From a virus (Duplodnaviria; Heunggongvirae; Uroviricota; Caudoviricetes): a stretch of DNA of 19,641 nt. How positions within the stretch are numbered: the stretch's first letter is position 1; every line of letters starts with the position of its first letter. Below the pieces are notes generated by a model. It was not told the DNA's origin and ran no database searches. It saw only the letters and a program-made list of their open reading frames with translations. Shown piece after piece: positions 16,566 to 19,641 of this stretch. Made by a program: the position numbers and the translations under genes. Location: IMG/VR virus record IMGVR_UViG_2778261231_000016, positions 1-19,641 of that record, one strand, 5' to 3'.

Positions 16566-17662
16566 ATTTTAGCTCTGATCTTTTTGACCTGAACAGCAAA
16601 AGCCCGGCTTTCAGTATCGTCATTGAAGGTAAGGACGTGACGACCGTGCTGGATACCCGCCTGATGAGTCTGACGCTGACGGATAACCGGGGCTTTGAAG
16701 CGGACCAGCTTGATCTGGAGCTGGACGACGCCGACGGGCTGATCGCCCTGCCGCGACGTGGGGCAGTGATTCAGCTAGCGCTGGGCTGGAAAGGCCAGCC
16801 GCTTTTCCCTAAAGGGGCTTTTACCGTGGATGAAATTGAACACAGCGGTGCCCCTGACCGGCTGACCATCAGGGCGCGTAGCGCAGATTTCCGTGAAACC
16901 CTCAATACACGGCGCGAAAAATCATGGCATCAGACAACGGTGGGGGAGGTGGTAAAGGAAATAGCCGCCCGGCATAACCTCAAAATGGCGCTGGGCAAAG
17001 ACCTGACGGATAAGGCGCTGGATCATCTGGACCAGACCAATGAAAGCGATGCAAGTTTTCTGATGAAACTGGCGAGACAGTATGGGGCGATTGCTTCCGT
17101 TAAGGACGGGAATCTGCTGTTTATCCGGCAGGGACAGGGAAGAACGGCGAGCGGCAAGCCGCTGCCGGTTATCACCATCACGCGCAAAGCCGGTGACGGT
17201 CATCGGTTCACCCTTGCTGATCGTGGTGCCTATACCGGTGTTATTGCCAGCTGGTTGCATACGCGTGAACCCAGGAAAAAAGAGACAACCAGTGTTAAGC
17301 GTCGTCGAAAGAAAACCACCACACCCAAAGAGCCGGAAGCAAAACAGGGCGATTATCTGGTGGGAACGGATGAAAACGTGCTGGTTCTTAATCGTACCTA
17401 CGCCAACCGGAGAAATGCAGAGCGCGCAGCAAAAATGCAGTGGGAACGTCTGCAGCGTGGGGTTGCTTCATTTTCCCTGCAGCTCGCTGAGGGGCGTGCT
17501 GATCTCTATACGGAAATGCCGGTGAAGGTTACAGGGTTTAAGCAGCCGATCGATGATGCAGAATGGACCATTACCACCCTGGCGCATTCTGTCAGCCCGG
17601 ATAATGGATTTACAACCAGCATGGAGCTTGAAGTAAAGATTGATGATTTAGAAATGGAATAA
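16562..17662 (+). CDS. Tail protein D homologue (late control gene D-type, 366 aa)
   Basis: Seen: GTG start with RBS GGAGGG 8 nt upstream, overlapping the U stop; size and position as P2 gpD. Confidence 0.92.
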   Translation: MNFSSDLFDLNSKSPAFSIVIEGKDVTTVLDTRLMSLTLTDNRGFEADQLDLELDDADGLIALPRRGAVIQLALGWKGQPLFPKGAFTVDEIEHSGAPDRLTIRARSADFRETLNTRREKSWHQTTVGEVVKEIAARHNLKMALGKDLTDKALDHLDQTNESDASFLMKLARQYGAIASVKDGNLLFIRQGQGRTASGKPLPVITITRKAGDGHRFTLADRGAYTGVIASWLHTREPRKKETTSVKRRRKKTTTPKEPEAKQGDYLVGTDENVLVLNRTYANRRNAERAAKMQWERLQRGVASFSLQLAEGRADLYTEMPVKVTGFKQPIDDAEWTITTLAHSVSPDNGFTTSMELEVKIDDLEME

Positions 17663-17729
17663 ATAAGTTCTTAATATTGATTCTTTGTGTATCATTATTG
17701 AGATTTTAATGGTGACGGAGAATAAAAAA

Positions 17730-17948
17730 ATGATGAATTGCCCAAAGTGTGGACATGCGGCGCACACCCGGAGCAGCTTTCAGGTTACTGATAGCACGAA
17801 GGAGCGTTACTGCCAGTGCCAGAACATTAATTGCGGCAGCACATTTGTCACCCATGAAACGGTTGTACGATTTATCGTTACCCCGACAATAATCAATAAT
17901 GCCCCGCCGCACCCTACGCCGGGTGGTCAAGGGCACATGAATTTTTAA
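17730..17948 (+). CDS. ogr: Ogr late-gene transcriptional activator (C4 zinc finger, 72 aa)
   Basis: Seen: MMNCPKCGHAAHTRSSFQVTDSTKERYCQCQNINC... matches P2 Ogr (MFHCPLCQHAAHARTSRYITDTTKERYHQCQNVNC...) in length and Cys spacing; RBS GGAG 9 nt upstream of ATG 17730. The ORF-track start at 17685 is a TTG extension. Confidence 0.93.
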   Translation: MMNCPKCGHAAHTRSSFQVTDSTKERYCQCQNINCGSTFVTHETVVRFIVTPTIINNAPPHPTPGGQGHMNF

Positions 17949-17954
17949 AACAAG

Positions 17955-17978
17955 AACCTGCTGCGGCAGGTTTTTTAT
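17955..17978. terminator. Bidirectional intrinsic terminator between convergent ogr and the BRCT-domain gene
   Basis: Seen: AACCTGC-tgcg-GCAGGTT followed by TTTTTT (17971-17976) on the plus strand; on the minus strand the hairpin is followed by TTCTTGTTTTAAAAAT. Confidence 0.65.
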
Positions 17979-18457
17979 GCGTCAGGAATTTCACCCGTTT
18001 CTATAAAATGAACAAAACTTTCTTCATCAATGATGATCGTACCCTTCATGCGTGCAGCATTTACTTTGGAAGGGCCAGCATTGTATCCGCAACAGAGCAT
18101 CTGCAGATTTTGAGTAACGGAACTTCTCACTGTCATGCTGTGCGCTTCGGCAACTTCAATCAAACGCTCTTTATCTGCCTTTTTGAAACCTGTAAAACAG
18201 ACGTCAAAAGTGAGGGTTTTGGGCTTGGTGGCCTTGGTTAGATGGATGTAATTTTCCGGTAGGAAGGACTGACAGGCTTGCTGTGCTTCATCAGCAGATG
18301 TGCATTCTTGAAGTATTCTATCTTTACGAAACGTTCTTATTGAATGGGTTGATTGGCATATACCCTGAATGTGGTTATCGCTGTAGCTAACACTGCTTAT
18401 TGAATGGGCACCAATGCGCGCATTCGCATTGATGTAAACAAAGTGCATTTCTTCCAT
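17975..18457 (-). CDS. BRCT-domain protein of unknown function (160 aa from ATG 18455-18457)
   Basis: Seen: C-terminal ~80 aa (TLTFDVCFTGFKKADKERLIEVAEAHSMTVRSSVTQNLQMLCCGYNAGPSKVNAARMKGTIIIDEESFVHFIETG) fits the BRCT pattern of NAD-ligase-type BRCT domains; strong RBS AAGGTGA 6 nt before the internal ATG. The ORF-track start at 18544 would overlap the ssrA terminator and is rejected. Confidence 0.65.
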   Translation of the reverse strand: MEEMHFVYINANARIGAHSISSVSYSDNHIQGICQSTHSIRTFRKDRILQECTSADEAQQACQSFLPENYIHLTKATKPKTLTFDVCFTGFKKADKERLIEVAEAHSMTVRSSVTQNLQMLCCGYNAGPSKVNAARMKGTIIIDEESFVHFIETGEIPDA

Positions 18458-18545
18458 GTGAATCACCTTTATTACACAAACGGTTAAGACGTTATGAACG
18501 GTGGGCAAATTGGCTGCCGCCATTTTGCCGCCACAGCCAAACAAA

Positions 18546-18579
18546 AAGGGGTTACGTTTTCACGTAACCCCTTGTTTTA
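18546..18579 (-). terminator. ssrA intrinsic terminator (stem GGGGTTACG / CGTAACCCC)
   Basis: Seen: hairpin immediately 3' of the tmRNA CCA end on the minus strand, followed by TTTTTGT (minus strand). Confidence 0.75.
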
Positions 18580-18581
18580 TT

Positions 18582-18944
18582 TGGTGGAGCTGGCGGGAGT
18601 TGAACCCGCGTCCGAAATTCCTACATCCTCGGTACTACATGCTTAGTCAGTCTTTACATTCGCTTGCCAGCTGCGGACGGACACGCCACTAACAAACTAG
18701 CCTGATTAAGTTTTAACGCTTCAACCCCAGGCAGGGCTTCCACGCGATCTCTTTTGGGTTTGACCTCTCTTGATCCCCGTCCTAAGAGCGGAGGCTAGGG
18801 AGAGAGGGCTCTAAGCAGGTTATTAAGCTGCTAAAGCGTAGTTTTCGTCGTTTGCGACTATTTTTTGCGGCTTTTTACGAGGCCAACCGCCCCTCGGCAT
18901 GCACCTTGGGTTTCGCAAATCCCGTCGAATCCAGAATCAGCCCC
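18582..18944 (-). ncRNA. ssrA: tmRNA (SsrA), 363 nt
   Basis: Seen: reverse complement begins GGGGCTGATTCTGGATTCGACGGGATTTGCG... and ends ...GGGTTCAACTCCCGCCAGCTCCACCA; contains the tag reading frame GCAAACGACGAAAACTACGCTTTAGCAGCTTAA (ANDENYALAA stop). Matches E. coli ssrA from memory. Confidence 0.97.
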
Positions 18945-19158
18945 AATGTGTAAAGGTAAGTATACCAGATTTATGAGCGCCATGACCAGCCTCAATGGCG
19001 TTATCGTTAAAGATTTAGCACCCATGTAGCCTGATTTTTATTCGATTAAGCAATGGGATGGCAACATTTGTGTCGGATGTGATAGCCAATAAGATGTTCA
19101 TTCGCGCCGCCGGAGAGGGAGGCGCGGTGAGGAACTGGTCAATAATTGGAGTGCAGGT

Positions 19159-19641
19159 TTAACGGTGGGCGTTTTTCATGATACGCGCTTTATCCACCTG
19201 CCATTCGCGCTCTTTGATATCTGAACGTTTATCGTGCTGTTTCTTACCTTTGGCGACGCCGATTTTCACTTTGCACCAGGCATTTTTCCAGTACAGGGAG
19301 AGCGCCACTACGGTATAGCCTTCTCGATTGACGCGACCGTACAATGAGTCCAGTTCGCGCTGGTTGAGAAGTAACTTGCGGGTACGGGTAGGATCGCACA
19401 CCACATGCGTGGAGGCCACTGCCATTGGCGTGATGTTTGCGCCAAACAGGAACGCTTCTCCGTCACGCAGAAGGACATAGCTGTCGCTGATATTGGCTTT
19501 TCCTGCGCGCAGGGATTTAACTTCCCAGCCTTGCAGGGCAAGTCCCGCTTCGAACTCTTCTTCGATAAAGTATTCGTGACGGGCGCGCTTGTTAAGCGCG
19601 ATGGTCGCTGAACCAGGTTTATGTGCTTTTTTCTTCGTCAT
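19159..19641 (-). CDS. smpB: SsrA-binding protein SmpB (160 aa)
   Basis: Seen: translation [160 protein letters not shown] is recognisable as E. coli SmpB; adjacent to and co-oriented with ssrA. Confidence 0.97.

Larger units (their letters stand above)
4742..18626. mobile_element. Cryptic, internally deleted 186/Fels-2/P2-like prophage remnant integrated at ssrA (tmRNA)
   Basis: Seen: direct repeats of the tmRNA 3' end flank the segment; inside are a P2-type tyrosine integrase, CI-type repressor, CII-family regulator, tail-fibre stub, G, FI, FII, E/E', T, U, D and Ogr homologues in P2/186 order, with no terminase, capsid, lysis, baseplate or replication genes. Established: P2-like phages such as Fels-2 integrate at ssrA. 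Confidence 0.85.

Noticed and set aside
11125-17662. Tail module as a functional tailocin (R-pyocin-like particle)
   Set aside because: Sheath, tube, tape measure, U and D are present but baseplate, spike, full tail-fibre and lysis genes are absent from the island, so an autonomous contractile particle is not encoded here.
18458-18544. N-terminal extension of the BRCT-domain ORF to the upstream ATG at 18544
   Set aside because: The extension would start inside the ssrA terminator hairpin and lacks an RBS, whereas the internal ATG at 18455-18457 has a near-consensus AAGGTGA 6 nt upstream. Shorter start preferred.
4742-18626. P4-like satellite or integrative conjugative element at ssrA
   Set aside because: The gene content (P2-type int, CI, CII, FI-FII-E-T-U-D, ogr) is that of a P2/186-like helper-type phage, not a P4-like satellite (no sid/psu/delta/alpha-type genes seen) or a conjugative element (no relaxase or T4SS genes).
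18501-18692. 63-aa plus-strand ORF
   Set aside because: Overlaps the ssrA terminator and the 3' third of the tmRNA gene on the opposite strand. Spurious.

Overview
Enterobacterial (E. coli-like) chromosomal window with three parts. (1) 1..4581: a complete AIDA-I/Ag43-type autotransporter adhesin (YpjA-like, 1526 aa). (2) 4742..18626: a ~13.8-kb cryptic 186/Fels-2/P2-like prophage remnant integrated at the 3' end of ssrA, bounded by a 44-45 nt direct repeat of the tmRNA 3' end (4742..4785 and 18582..18626). It keeps int, cI, an apl/cox-like gene, a short cII, a tail-fibre stub plus G, the FI-FII-E/E'-T-U-D tail module and ogr, but has no replication, capsid, lysis or baseplate genes. (3) Intact ssrA (tmRNA, 18582..18944) and smpB (19159..19641) on the minus strand. 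The most interesting content is three AT-rich cargo genes at accessory positions of the remnant: a 577-aa P-loop kinase + cytidine-deaminase fusion (AvcD/DcdV-like nucleotide-depletion antiphage enzyme, 4981..6714) between att and int, with a ~195-bp upstream region that could encode a cognate small RNA; a 110-aa orphan ORF (10525..10857) in the G-FI slot that corresponds to the P2 Z/fun hotspot; and a 160-aa BRCT-domain protein (17975..18457) between ogr and ssrA. All calls rest on reading the translations and DNA by eye; no database search was run.
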